Of a stretch of DNA of 64,000 nt, positions 21,743 to 34,940 are shown piece by piece (position 1 is the first letter of the stretch; every line of letters starts with the position of its first letter). The notes under the pieces are model-generated. The model was not told the DNA's origin. It saw only the letters and a list, made by a program, of their open reading frames with translations, and made no database searches. Source of the DNA: Histomonas meleagridis 2922-C6/04-290x (lineage: Eukaryota > Protista > Parabasalia); NCBI GenBank assembly GCA_020184695.1, contig JAANOX010000238.1:496001-560000 (forward strand), in the 5' to 3' direction. A program made the position numbers and the translations under genes.

Positions 21743-22805
21743 AAAAAGTTATAGAAATTACACCTGCAGAATTAATCTATAATATCGATGAGGTGGGTTC
21801 ATCAGATTGGGAAGATCGAAAACCAAAAATAGTTGCAATACCAAAGGAACTTGAAAATAGAAGTCTTCATCATCCAATAAATAGGGGAATAAGACATTCA
21901 AACCTTGTTGTCACAATAAATGGAGGTGGTGATGCTTATTTCCCTTCAATAATTACAACTGATCCAAATTCAGAAGAAATATTTAATACACCAATAAGAA
22001 AGGATGTTGATCTCAGCATGAGTATTGAGGCATCACCTTATGTCACAAAAAAGATATTCACTAAATTTATTCTACAAAAATTTGTTCCACAGATTGAATC
22101 TGATCGAAATGGACCAGATTGTTTCGAAAAACCGGCGATTCTCTTTTTCGATAATTGTTCTTGTCATCTTGATGGAAATAAATTGAAAAAATTAGCATGA
22201 TTTTAGTTATTCCAAGTATTAGATCGATTGCTTTTTAGTATTTTGAAAAACCACAGAAAATATATCCCAAATAATGATGACATTCATTCAAATTTCAACA
22301 TTTATATAAGATATTTCGAGTCTATGAATTAAGCACATGTTCAATAAATATCCATGCCTCATTTAAACATACTGGATTTGAATATCATAAAAAAATGGTG
22401 TTGATTACTTAAAATTAGATTGTCGAAAAGTTGAAAATTTTGATGAATTCAAAGAAATCTGGGATTATAACTATTTATAAGAATCCATGTCTTATAAAGA
22501 AGAAGCACAAAAATGGGGATGGATAAATTATCGCTTTCTTTCTGAAAAATTTCGGAATACAATTGATGGTGAATAACAAATCATCAATTAATTAATTTTA
22601 TTTATTTTTGATTAAACAAATGATGTGATAAAAAATAACAGTCTAAATTCTAAAATAATATATAATATAATATTTTTAAATTCATTAATCATGAAAATAT
22701 TTAATATATCTCGTGAAAAATTTTTTTTTTCTTATGATATCATCATTTGATTAAAGAACCGTCGTTACCATATCTTATACCGTTACCATTTTTTATACAT
22801 AACTG
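21743..22805 (+). mobile_element. pogo/Tigger-like DDE transposon remnant, family A copy 1 (3' half with right end)
   Basis: LIYNIDEVG, LFFDNCSCH, then an internal lesion and LFQVLDRLLF. The right end reads ...CCGTTACCATTTTTTATACATAACTG|TA, with CGTTACCAT repeated twice subterminally. Confidence 0.8.
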
Positions 22806-24516
22806 TATAGTAACATTATAATATTTTTTAATGTTATGCAAAATAAACATCATGTTTTAGTGAATACATTTTTATATATATTTTTTTGATCGTTAATTTT
22901 CCTCTTGACAAACTTCTGTTAACTATCGAGAAAATCGAAAATAATTAAAGCCATGAATGAATATTAATAGCAAATGAAATAATTAATTTTTTATCAATGA
23001 AGAAATATGGATTCAAAAAGTTTAATGATATAGCGGTGGATGCATACAACTTTTTTCATTTTTCAAGTAAAATTGTAAGTAATGTTGCTAATTCGGGATA
23101 TTTTTTTTGCCCAGAACGAAAAAAATATCCCAAAATCATTTGAGATTTCTGTAGACAATAAATGTGGTGTGTCAAAAAACGTTAATGGTATTTGACGGAT
23201 ATTTCCTCAATTAAAAATTTAAATATTATATGAGTATATAACACTAGATATGTAATATTTAGAAACATTGTTTTATTATGTTTAAATATATTATATATTA
23301 ATATATTATGAATTTATTTGATTTTTTATTCAATAGTTTATGTAATTTTTGAGTGTAAAATGATCGACTTCTTTCAAATACATCTGTTAATATCTATAGG
23401 GAAATATGTTTTAATTTTTTCAATTATGATTATTATGAATCCGAGTAATGATGTAATTTTGAAATTATGGGTTGACCTTTAATTTTTTGAGTTGCCAAAT
23501 CCAAAATTTATAATAATATAATGATGAAATTTGCAAATTTTTTAGTGCCATTATCGAATTAAACATACTAATTTTGGTATGACTGTCATATGTCATTCGT
23601 TTTGATGGAATTAATTAGTATAATAAGTTGAGTGTTATAAATAATTTGTTTGGTGGTACGATGGTAAATTTTAATATCATTCATTTAGCCCGTATGGTTG
23701 CCCATATCGTTACCCAAGCGGCTGTATTCAAATTTGAATGATAATACGATCAAAAATCACGTAATTAGCCCATATTGTTGCCCAAAACGGTTATATTCAG
23801 AAAATCATATACAATATGGGTAAAACCGCTTTTAAGTTATTGTTGCGAAAAACATTAGTTATTGCGGTTCATACAAAAATTAAAATTTAGAGTGAATTTA
23901 TTCAAACAGTAAAATTTTGGTGAGCAAAAGTGAAATGAGATGACTTCATTTTTGATATAAAATATTGAATTCGGCTTTACCCATTGGGTTGGGTTTTCAT
24001 TATCCCTGTAAAATTGGGAAAAACTAGCATCATTATTGTAAGCTTTCATATATCTAGCTGACCATGGTCTATATCAAAATTATACTTTGTTTGATTGATG
24101 AACGCTCAAGAAAATTATAATAAACTTTTACATAATGATTTTGAACTTCATAAATATGTTAAAAAAAATGCGTTAATTATATACAATGAATTTTCATAAT
24201 AATTTACTTTTTGTTCAAACTTAAGTTATCACAGATAAAAGCAGAACTACTCAAGACGAACACTTATTTGAAATTGAAATATCTTTCTTTTGATTTTTGA
24301 AAAAATAATGCATTTTTATCATAATGTCTCTAAATTTCCAATTTTTTTCTTTAATATAATTTATCATTTACTTTTAGTGGTTATGATTTGGATAAATTGG
24401 ATTTACGATAATAATCATATAATAGAAGAAACATAAAATTTGCCAAATAACAAAAATGTTCGTATTTATTAAATTAATAAACAAATTATAATATTTTGTT
24501 CTTAAAATATGTTTAC

Positions 24517-25749
24517 TTATATCTGACTGATAAATTTTTCTTCTTTGAAATCGTCTGCAAATGGATCTTCTTCAATATTTGAATTATTAATCCCAAATGA
24601 AAATGTATTATCGATTTCATTAATTTTATTATTATTTTCATCTGAAATATTCATTTCTTCTTCATTTTGTTTCCGCTTCTTATTTTGATATTTAATCATA
24701 AATATTATGATTATCATTATAAATACAATAATTATTACAATTACAATAACAATTATAATGATAATTAATGTTATTATCATTAGTGTTTATTATTACATCT
24801 TCAATATAAGAAATATAAAAGAAATTTGAATAATACGTAAAATATTCTGGATAATATATAATTGTATAATTATAATATATGAAATCAACATAAATATATT
24901 TAGTTTCAGATTCAATGAAAGTAACTGAATAAGATTTTAAGAAAGTATAATAATAAATCGATAAAGTTTTTATAAACGATAAAGAATAAGTTAAAGTATA
25001 AGTGTTAACGAAAGTAAAATTCATCGAAAATGTATTAACATAAGTATTTGAATCAAAATTACTTTTTGATTTCGTAAATGTATTCGATTTGATTAATGTA
25101 TCACTTTTCGTAAATGTATATGAATTAGTGAATGTATCACTTTGTGTCAATGTGAATGTGCGTGTTGGCGGGAGACATGCGTCAAGTGTTGTTCCCTTAG
25201 TAATATTCATATTTCCAAATGTTTTATTTTGATATATTTCTATTGTCATAACTAATGTCGCATTGATATTAACAAATGCATTTTGTATTTCTGGTGAAAT
25301 TTCTCCTTTAAAATGAATACATTGAAGTGATGTACAATTAAAAAATGCACATGAATTAATATATTGAACATTTTCATCAATAAAAATTCTTTCTAAATTA
25401 TTACAACTTGCAAAAGCATAATTCATAATAGAAATGACTGATTTAGGAATTGTAAATGTTTTACTTTTCATATTCGGATAACTAATAATATATGTAATTT
25501 CTTTATTATATAAAACCCCATCATTTTCATAATTCTACTACCGATATTTCCAACTGTTTCTCCAATTATTACTGTTGTTAATAAAGGCCATTCTCTGAAT
25601 GCATCACTTTCAATCTCGCCAACATCAATAATTATAACATGTTCTGTATCATTCATATAATCTTTTGAAAAATCAATGGAATCAGATATTGTGAGTGTTT
25701 TTGTCTCTTCGTCATATGATTGCTTTGTATTAACAAAAAATATAATCAT
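24517..25749 (-). pseudogene. BspA-like (TpLRR) surface protein pseudogene with S/T stalk, TM and DPF-type cytoplasmic tail
   Basis: LRR units (TIPKSVISIMNYAFASCNNL). Frameshifted by a 334-bp deletion relative to the paralog (54931-55264 missing at ~25530) and by a second shift near 24780 before the TM. Tail ...EEDPFADDFKEEKFISQI. Confidence 0.85.
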
Positions 25750-27382
25750 TAAAATCAAAAATATTTTCAAATTTTGTTTATTTTTATCATAAATTAAATA
25801 ACTTTTATCAAAACATTTAATAAATTGAAAAAGAATATTAAATATAATTAAAAATGAATTAATATATAAATTGTTAATTGTTGATTTAAATATGAAACAA
25901 AAGAAATTCCTAAATAAAATATAAAATATTTTGACTTTATTGATTATATAAATATCAAAATAAAATAGAATTTTCTTCAAAGAATAAATAAATTGATTTT
26001 TAAATTTAGAAGAAGAAGTTTAATTCGAAACATTTTTGAAAGATAGAAAATAAATTCGTAAATAAGTGACTTAATAAATGATAATATTTATAACTTATTT
26101 TATGAATATTTTCATATGAGAAAAATAAAATTTTGTTATTTGAATGATTTTTGTTATTATTGAACAGATAATGAGGATATTCGTTATGGATATGTTGATT
26201 TGCTGTTTCATTTTTGTTTTTGAAATTTATATATTTTATATTTTTATAAAAAATATATTCATCATGAAATATGTTGGAAATAAAGTCAATAAAACGAATG
26301 CTAAAAGTCATTAATAGATATATTTCATATTTTTTCATCAATTTGATGATTGGAATTGGAAGATATATTCTTGATTTTAACTCAAACAAAAAACCTTCAA
26401 ATTTTCATCAAAAATGTATGAAACCTATTGTTTTCCATCTGAAATTGAAATTGTCATCAAAAACTTAATCGATACGAGTCATAAACAATGATAAGTGAGA
26501 TGATAATGTTCTCTTCTCATTTTCTCTTTTAACTTGATACAAAACATCATTGTAATCATATCAATTTTACACGCAAAACGATCAATACAACAATAATTCA
26601 ATTCTGAGCTTTCAAATAAAATTTTCAACTTTTCTATATAGTCATTTCAATTATTTTAAAATCTAGCTGCCTTTTACAGTCAAATTAAAATCTAATTCAT
26701 TCAAAAATATTTTCACAGAAATTATCTTCATAAACAATGAGCATTTTTAAAAAAAAATTACTTATTGTTTTTTGATGACAGCTCCTTTCTTGTATCCAGC
26801 AGTATCTTAGAAGCGAATTATACGTCCAAAAAAATCGATTTATTCAAAAAGAAAAAACAAATATATTTTCTCGATAAATGAACAACAAAAAAAATGATTT
26901 TTTCATTTAGATTTAGAAGCTATTTGAATATTTTAACAAACGCTTATCATCCTTGGTATTCTTAAGCTATTCCAAGTTTTTAATAAGGTTAATCCAAGTT
27001 TTATTAGTGTTTCATGCCTTTACATTATCCACAGAAACAAGGCAACAACAATTAATTTACTTTAAAAAAAAAAATACTTTAAAATTTTAATATCATTTTG
27101 TAGAAGTTGTATTTGAATGCCTGTCTTCAAATAGTTGAATAGAAAAATTATTTTGGTACAAAATAGCATTGGAATAAATTTAATATCTTAGAATTTCATA
27201 AAGTTGAAAGTAATTTGACACAAGGGGTCATAAACTTTAATCAGGAGGGTAAATTCATCGGGGGTGCGATATACGATGACTTAGGTAGAATTAAAGTATG
27301 TTAAAAAAAAATTAATTGCATAAAGATATGAAAACAAATATAATATAAGAAAAATAACAAAATTTAGATCCATTTATAAGCA

Positions 27383-27442
27383 GCTGTCATTGGAGAAAAT
27401 GTAATAACAATTGGAGATTCTGCATTTTATTGTTGTTCATCT
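27383..27442 (+). pseudogene. Isolated BspA-type LRR remnant
   Basis: Translates to AVIGENVITIGDSAFYCCSS, a typical TpLRR unit, with no intact ORF around it. Confidence 0.5.
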
Positions 27443-28362
27443 GGTAATAAACGGTCGTTTTGTAAAAATGTATTTTTCCTTTTTATTTCAGAAAAAATGT
27501 TAAATTCACAAAAAAATTTAAACTCACCTATTAGTAGATAGTAATATATTTTGATAACTCAAAAATAATTTACAAAAATTCATTCTGAGAATAACAAGTT
27601 GAAAGCTTGATTTCGAATTTATTATGAATTTATGTGTTCATATTCACTTACAAGTAAAATTAACAAAGAATAAAATGATTCATTTTCTTTGAGAAAAAAA
27701 AATTATATTCATTTCTTGAATTAATTTGGGAAGAGGTCCACCTTTTTGAGGGTATAATTAAAAATATCTTTTCTCCAACTTACTAAATTTTGTGGCCTAA
27801 TATATGGAAATAGTTGGCTTTTTTGACATAAATATATTTCCTGAATGTTAGTATTATTTTGATATTATTAACATATAATAAATAAAGTTTTCATAAGTTT
27901 CGAATTTTTATATGTATGATTGTTTGAAGTAAAGTATATGCATATCTTTTACCATTTAAAATATATTGAAATATGTTAAATTTATCAATAAATTTAATAA
28001 ATTTAATAAATTATAATGTAGCACAATAACTCATTCTGCATTGAAAATATGTATTTTAATTCCATGTTAAAATTGTAAAGTTAATATGAAATAGTTATAT
28101 AATGTATATCACCATAGTTGTTCTCAGAAAAATATTTTGCATATAAAAATAATGTTTATAAATTTTAAAACTGATTTAATATTAAATTTATTGAATAAAT
28201 TATGCATGCGATAAGATTTTGTTATTATAAAACTGAATGTTATTGTTGTTTGATGCCCTACTTCCCCATCTTTTTATGTAAAACAAATTTCTTTTCACAA
28301 TAAGTAATGATTAACAAAAAAAATAAAAAAATTTTATTACATATCGATTATTTATTACAGTA

Positions 28363-28890
28363 TTAAATCCATTGGTCCTCATCTTCCTTTATCAAACTAT
28401 TAAATTCATTGTCCACTTCTTCATAATTTCCTCCCGTATTCGATGACGTATTATTATTTACATTTGACAACGATTTTGTTTTCGTTGTTTGTTTCTTATT
28501 TCTCTTCAACATAAATATTACGATTCCGACAATTATAAAAACTATCACAATAGCGCCGCATATAATACCAATTAACAATTCATTTGGAATTGAATTATCT
28601 TTTGGTGTAACATCAGTGACAACTAATGTATAAAAGTCAGAATAATAACTATAATAAGACGAATAATATATAACAGTGTAATCGTAATAAATGACATTTG
28701 TCGATATCTAACTATAAGTGGATTCAAATGTTAACAATGAAATTGTATTTATGTATTTACTATATAACGTAATCGAAAGTGTAATAGATAATGAGTGTGT
28801 TAAAGTGAACGAATGTGTTAAAGATAAAGTTAAATCAGATGAATGAGCAAATGATGCAGTTAGTGAATCCGATTCAATAAATGTATATGA
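28363..28890 (-). pseudogene. C-terminal fragment of a BspA-type membrane protein (S/T stalk, Tyr-rich segment, TM, tail)
   Basis: One frame: SYTFIESDSL...STYS*ISTNVIYYDYTVIYYSSYYSYY...LLIGIICGAIVIVFIIVGIVIF...KEDEDQWI. In-frame TAG at 28708-28710; the 5' part is replaced by mariner sequence. Confidence 0.75.
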
Positions 28891-29634
28891 AAAAAGTTAA
28901 CTTCAAATGGATCCCACATAAGTTGACTCCAGAAATTAAAGCCAAAAGAGCTGCCATTGCTTCTGAATTATTTGACTTCCTTTCTAGTTCAAATGACTAC
29001 AGACTAAGACACATATTGACGCAAGGTGAAACCTGGATTTATTTTGTTAACGGGAGAAACTCGATGTGGATTGAATCTGGAGTGCAAAAACCATACAAAC
29101 CCAAACAAACTATTGCCTCCAAAAAAGTAATGATATCTGTTATATGGTATATAACTGGTATCAAATCAATAACAATGCTCCCGATAGGCCAAAAATTTAA
29201 TCGAATTTTTTTTTTCTGAAGTTGTACTTGGAGATTTGGCGAAAAGAATTTCAACGAAGGGATATTTTTTGCATATGGATAACGCCCGGCCTCATTTGGT
29301 TCATGAAAAATTGAATTAATTGGGGATTAAAAGACTTCCGCAACCCCCGTTTTCGCCAGACCTCGCACCTTCTGACTTTTTTCTGTTCGGATATCTAAAA
29401 AAAATGCTCGAAGGTGAGGAGTTTGAAAATGAAGATCAACTTTTTCAAAAGGTTGAAACATTACTGTATAATATTCCTAAAGACATTTTCAGAGCCGTAT
29501 ATAATGAATGGATGAACAGACTTTTAATTACAATTGAAACTCAAGGTGAATACATATCATAATAAATGAACAAAATTTCATTTACTTTTTTATTTATTAA
29601 AAAAAAAACTGACGAACGCACTTTTTCCACCCCC
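28881..29634 (+). mobile_element. 5'-truncated mariner transposon with right TIR
   Basis: WIPHKL, LTQGETW, HMDNARPH, FSPDLAPSDF. Frameshift in the T-run at ~29207-29215 and TAA at 29317-29319. The right end reads GGGGGTGGAAAAAGTGCG on the minus strand, followed by TA at 29635-29636. Confidence 0.9.
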
Positions 29635-30769
29635 TATAAATGTTGAAATTTGAATGAATGTCATCATTATTTGGGATATATTTTCTGTGGTTTTTCAAAA
29701 TACTAAAAAGCAATCGATCTAATACTTGGAATAACTAAAATCATGCTAATTTTTTCAATTTATTTCCATCAAGATGACAAGAACAATTATCGAAAAAGAG
29801 AATCGCCGGTTTTTCGAAACAATCTGGTCCATTTCGATCAGATTCAATCTGTGGAACAAATTTTTGTAGAATAAATTTAGTGAATATCTTTTTTGTGACA
29901 TAAGGTGATGCCTCAATACTCATGCTGAGATCAACATCCTTTCTTATTGGTGTATTAAATATTTCTTCTGAATTTGGATCAGTTGTAATTATTGAAGGGA
30001 AATAAGCATCACCACCTCCATTTATTGTGACAACAAGGTTTGAATGTCTTATTCCCCTATTTATTGGATGATGAAGACTTCTATTTTCAAGTTCCTTTGG
30101 TATTGCAACTATTTTTGGTTTTCGATCTTCCCAATCTGATGAACCCACCTCATCGATATTATAGATTAATTCTGCAGGTGTAATTTCTATAACTTTTTCG
30201 ATAAGAACAAAGTACTCTCTCGAGTACTTCGGAACTTTTAATCTTGTGTCTTCATGTGGACGAATAATGGTTTTGATAATTTCATCAGAACGTCTATAAA
30301 AAAAACTATATAACCAGCCCCTCGTTAAACTAATACCAAATTTTCCTTATACAAATCGAAGTACCTCAGAAAAGGTCATGTATTCATATGAATTTCTTTC
30401 TGATACAATTTCTTGATTAACAATTTACTCGTCTACTTCAAGTAAACTTAACGGTTGTCCAATTTCTTTTTTGTTTTTGTTGGCTTTGCATATAATTATG
30501 CGAACATTTTCATTTGTAATATTAAACACCTCTGTCATTGATTTAGCATTTGCTGTAATAAGGCAATTTGTTAATAAAAATTCCAGAATAAAAAGTAATT
30601 GTTCATTTCGTTAAGAACTGTTAAAATAACAAAACAATATTGTTTATTTCTTGACCACATATTCCGCATCTATACTTTTTTCTCTTTCTTGGCGCACCTT
30701 CATGATCAACATTAATTTCGGGATGAGTTGCTGATCTTCCAAGCAACAAAAGATGGTCGAGCTGGGTTA
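29635..30769 (-). mobile_element. pogo/Tigger-like DDE transposon remnant, family A copy 2 (5' and middle part)
   Basis: Minus frame gives an HTH, GQPLSL, RGWLYSFFYRR (CENP-B-like), then NIDEVG...FDNC with several stops. 29635-30198 is the reverse complement of 21743-22306. Confidence 0.85.
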
Positions 30770-31736
30770 CCCTAGGTTTCCTACAATTCGCGAATTCTAT
30801 CGTTGGAACGATAGAAATTTAAGATTTTCACGTATATTTCGAATCTCACGATTTAATAGCGCCTAAATTGCAAAATCGAATCAAAAGTGTTAATTTATTT
30901 CAAATTGATAGATTGACCATGCTTCGTTCAAAACATCAGAATTAAGGTGTTTCCATGCCCATATAAGTACCTGAACCGCATATTTCACCTCGATTTTTTT
31001 GCCCGGATTTTCATGAATAAATCTATGAAAATTATCTATGGCAACGTTCTCCAAACCCCCAAAAAACGCGATAATCGAGTGGTTGGTATTTATCTGTTGA
31101 CCCAGCAGGAATAAAGAACATCTTTATGTTCAATGAATTTGCCAATTTCATGGACATAGTTGTCTTGTGAACTGAAAATTGGCCTTATCCTGTACCAAGC
31201 TCGTCTACTACTTGGTTTATTGCGCTTTTTAAAATCAGTTACATACTTAGGACTGAACTTCACATCGGGGATTTCATCATCATCCATGTGCTTCTCAAGG
31301 AATCCTTGAGATGCGAGGTTAACGAAGTCTTTGTTTTGAAACAAGAACCCTTGCGTTATAAAATTGGATCGGATGATATCAGCAATTAATTCTTCATCAG
31401 CATCGGTAAATATCCAATGATGAATTCCATGAACTGAGCTGTCGTAAGGTCGCCATTCTTTGTTCAGTTCCCACTTGTGGTACCACCCACGAATGGTGGA
31501 TTCTGGAATATTGAATTGTTTGCTTAAATGTGTTATTGTTCCTCTTGTTTTATTTGATAAGGAATCGATAACTATGTCACATATTTCCTTGTGTCTATAG
31601 TAATATCGATGGGGTAATTTGGAAAAAACGAGCTTTTGATTTTTCATCTACAAATGATACCGTTTACAATTTCTCAAACCGAAACAATGCACTCAAATTA
31701 TAACGATCGAATTCGCTAATTGTAGGAAACCTAGGG
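30770..31736 (-). mobile_element. Internally deleted pogo-like element (family B), 967 bp, TA-flanked
   Basis: ~36-bp TIRs CCCTAGGTTTCCTACAATT(C/A)GCGAATTC(T/G)ATCGTT, with TA at 30768-30769 and 31737-31738. ORF 31090-31647 encodes only the HTH/CENP-B DNA-binding half. Confidence 0.9.
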
Positions 31737-31979
31737 TATAATGGACAGATTAAATATGTCATAAAAAATGCTTTCTGACATATTATTTAATATTTGGAGA
31801 TAAAAAAACAATCGTTTTTAGATCAACACAAATTTTCTAATAACTTTGAAAAAGTAGAAATTATTGAATGATCATTCAAAGTGTGACAAATTTTTCAGTG
31901 AAAATATTTTAATACAAATTGCATTTTCAACATGATGAGAAATTTTCTCGACAAAATCAACACTACGAAGAATATTTAG

Positions 31980-32590
31980 AAAATATTTACCTCATCAAAT
32001 AAAGAGTTTATTCAATGGCTATCAAACAATCGATTTATACTTAATATTCATGAACATTATATTTGCTCAATTTGTGGATCTGAAACTAATTGTTGTTTCA
32101 GCAAATCTTATCCAGATGGTGCCATATTTATGTGTAAAGGTATCCATAGGCACAAATCATCGATAAGGACAAAAACAATTTTTGAAAATTCTAAATTTGA
32201 TTTAAGAACAGCTATTTTATTATATGCTTCTTGGGCGCTCGATATGACGCCATCAATGGCAAAGATGGTCATCCATCTTTGCCTGAAATTGATACTATTT
32301 ATTATTATTATTAAAAATTTAGAAATTTATCTGAAATTGCATATTATAATGATTTAACTCATAAGTTGCTAGGTGGCCTTCGAGGCAATGTTCAGATAAA
32401 TGATACATTGATCTCCAAGGTAAAATATAATGTGGGAAGAAATTTAAGTTTATCACAAATGTGGTTTTTGAAGGAATAGATTCTGTAACAGGTCGAGCAT
32501 TTATTGATTTAGTTGATAAAAAAAATGTAAATACATTATTTCCGATTATCGAAAAATATGTTAAAATTGATACACATATACAAATATGCC
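31980..32590 (+). mobile_element. Merlin (IS1595/ISXO2-like) transposase pseudogene
   Basis: Zn-ribbon CSICGS..DGAIFMCKG.HRHKSSIRTKTIFENS, then across frameshifts LGGLRGNVQINDTLISKVKYNVGR..W..EGIDSVTGRAFIDLVDKKNVNTLFPIIEKYV, matching the Merlin/ISXO2 consensus order. Confidence 0.8.
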
Positions 32591-33075
32591 ATTTTATGCC
32601 CAAAAAAATTCTATAGATATAAAATTTATATACTTTGAAATTTGCTGATTGATTTTTGGTTAATGCATATGCCCTAATTCAATCTTATATAAAAAAATAG
32701 TATAATTTTTACTATGAATTTAATCATTTAGATGTAAAATTAACCAATGCAAAATTTTTATGAATCAACTAATTCATTTCTACAAAAGATATTTAATGAG
32801 TGGTCGTTCTTGTTTGAATTAACTTTAACAGTTCATATGATTTCAACCAAGCATATCGACGACCGTTAAACGATAGTGCTTTTGAGTTATCTGTTCATTG
32901 AATAAACTGTGTCACCTACTTTTTGAATACATTTTCGCTGGGTTCTTTGACTGATTAATTTACCGCGAAAAAAACGGTCTCGTGGAGCGTTTTATTAGTG
33001 GAAATACAATTCATCGAATATTTATCATTCATAAAAATTTATATAAAAATATTTAAAAAAATAATCAAAAAATAT

Positions 33076-34246
33076 GGTACTGTCTTACAACCGTGGGAAA
33101 TTTGAATTAGTAGTATACAAAAAGTGGAGACTTCATTCGATCGAAATGGAGAATAATCTACTATTTACGCCATTTTTCGAACGAAAATAAAATTCGGCAT
33201 AGATGCTGAAACAAATATTATTAAATAGCAAGTTATCGAAATTGCATACATTATACATCGCATTAATTAGAATGAATTAATAGAAACAATGGTTATATAT
33301 TAAACTAAATTACAATCAAAAATTAGGATTTTGTAAAATATTTAATCGTCTCTGTATTACAACACGAATTTTATATCAATGTTACATTAAAATTCATTTT
33401 TGATTTAATTAATATTTTATAAATTGATCAATAATATCAATTGCTTCGCATAAAAATTTTTATGAATTGTCATGTTTTACATATTAATTATGCTTTATTA
33501 GTTCAAAATTTTATAAAATCCAATCTTTACGACGATTAGAGCAATTAAAATAATAAGAAAAAAATATACAATGTTATGTGGAGGTTGGATGGAAATAATT
33601 AAATAAATTGCTCATTGTAATGATAATGTAAACATTGATTTGTAAACTTTTTGAATATAATTAATCATATGAGCTCCATTTCGAAAATTTAAATGAGTTC
33701 GAATTCATTTTTAACTAAATTACATGTTCACTATGTATTATCTATATCAAATGATGGTCGTTCAAATTATATATTTGCCAAATGATATACGAATGATTTG
33801 AGCAGATGTTTGTACATAAAATAATTAAAAGAAACACATATAGATGAGAATAAACATATATAAGTGATAATCAATAAGAATAAATGAGAATTAGCATAAG
33901 ACAATAAAATAAATACATATATATGAGAACAAATACAGTTAGTGGAAATTAGCACATATAGATGAAAATTAACCTAAAACAAAATGAATCAAAAAGCAAA
34001 AAATGAATTATTACAACATTCGTTTCACACCATATTTGCCAAATTTTATTTCTATTCAAAAAAACATGGCGAAAAATGTAAATAATTCAAAATAAAATTG
34101 AATGATAGTATTTTTTCAGAAAACGAATTGAGAGTCGATATTTGAATGCAAATTACATATCATTTTAATTCTCCATTATGATTGAATACGACCTCCATAT
34201 TTCGAAGAGATAGTATTTTAATTTCCCACGGTTGTATAATACTACC
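33076..34246. mobile_element. Non-autonomous Merlin-type MITE, 1171 bp, 8-bp TSD
   Basis: Termini GGTACTGTCTTACAACCGTGGGAAATT / AATTTCCCACGGTTGTATAATACTACC (17-bp perfect core). Direct repeat AAAAATAT at 33068-33075 and 34247-34254. TGGAG and ATGGAGAAT recur at equal spacing inside both ends. Confidence 0.75.
33830..33975. repeat. Degenerate ~39-bp minisatellite (4 copies) inside the MITE
   Basis: TA(G/A/T)ATGA(G/A)AA cores start at 33841, 33881, 33920 and 33959. Confidence 0.55.
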
Positions 34247-34274
34247 AAAAATATTTCCAAATATCAAAAATATA

Positions 34275-34924
34275 CCCATAATCGTCTTAGATCCGGACAA
34301 ACCGTCTATCTGGATTTCAATGCAAAGTCGATCATTTTTCATTCAATTATTAAAATAAAAAATCGACTTATACCGTTTAATCGAAAATAATGAACAGTGT
34401 TCCTTGTTTCAAGAGAATTGTAAAACGCCCTCACCGTACTTATAAAATAAATGAAATCCAAGAAATATTAGAATATCTATCTCAAGAAAATCTTCCATAT
34501 GGTGCATTATCAAAGATTTCCAATGACACAGGAATTCCACAACAAACACTGAGCGACTGGAGAAAACACGAGAGATCTCCAGGCGGCCAGAACTGGATTC
34601 CTAATCCATCATCCCAACCTTCAAAATATGCACTTTCACCCCAAATAGAACAATCTACCTATGACTACATAAATGATAATTTTTTGAAAATTGGGTTACC
34701 TTTAACAAGAAGCGCCTTACATGATGTTGCATTAAATGCATATTCTTCATCTGATAATTTTCAGGTGGAGAAATTTTCTGCATCTAATTAAATGTATAGA
34801 TAGATTTTTGGAAACTCATGGTTTATCCATTCGCAAACCTCATGTTGAAAGAAGAACTACTGTAAATGAGGAGAGTGTTGAGTACTTTAGACAGAGAATT
34901 GATGAAATATTTCCTTTTAAATAA
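34275..34924 (+). mobile_element. 5' half of a pogo-like element (family C)
   Basis: Candidate left end TA|CCCATAATCG at 34273-34284. HTH GIPQQTLSDWRK and CENP-B-like segment, frameshifted, ending before the catalytic domain. Confidence 0.65.
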
Positions 34925-34940
34925 TCAAATTCCAAAAATT

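Noticed and set aside
23855-24049. 64-aa ORF faintly resembling an F5/8-type domain fragment, and nearby degenerate CCCATA-containing repeats (23685-23830)
   Set aside because: The similarity is too short and weak, and no TIR pair or TSD could be defined.
25750-26468. Long N-terminal extension of the left BspA ORF and ORFs 26006-26389 and 26271-26468
   Set aside because: This is extremely AT-rich, low-complexity upstream DNA; the homologous region in the other paralog is not open in the same way.
26400-26700. Possible decayed coding sequence on the minus strand
   Set aside because: It has multiple stops in all frames and no family motif that I can support.
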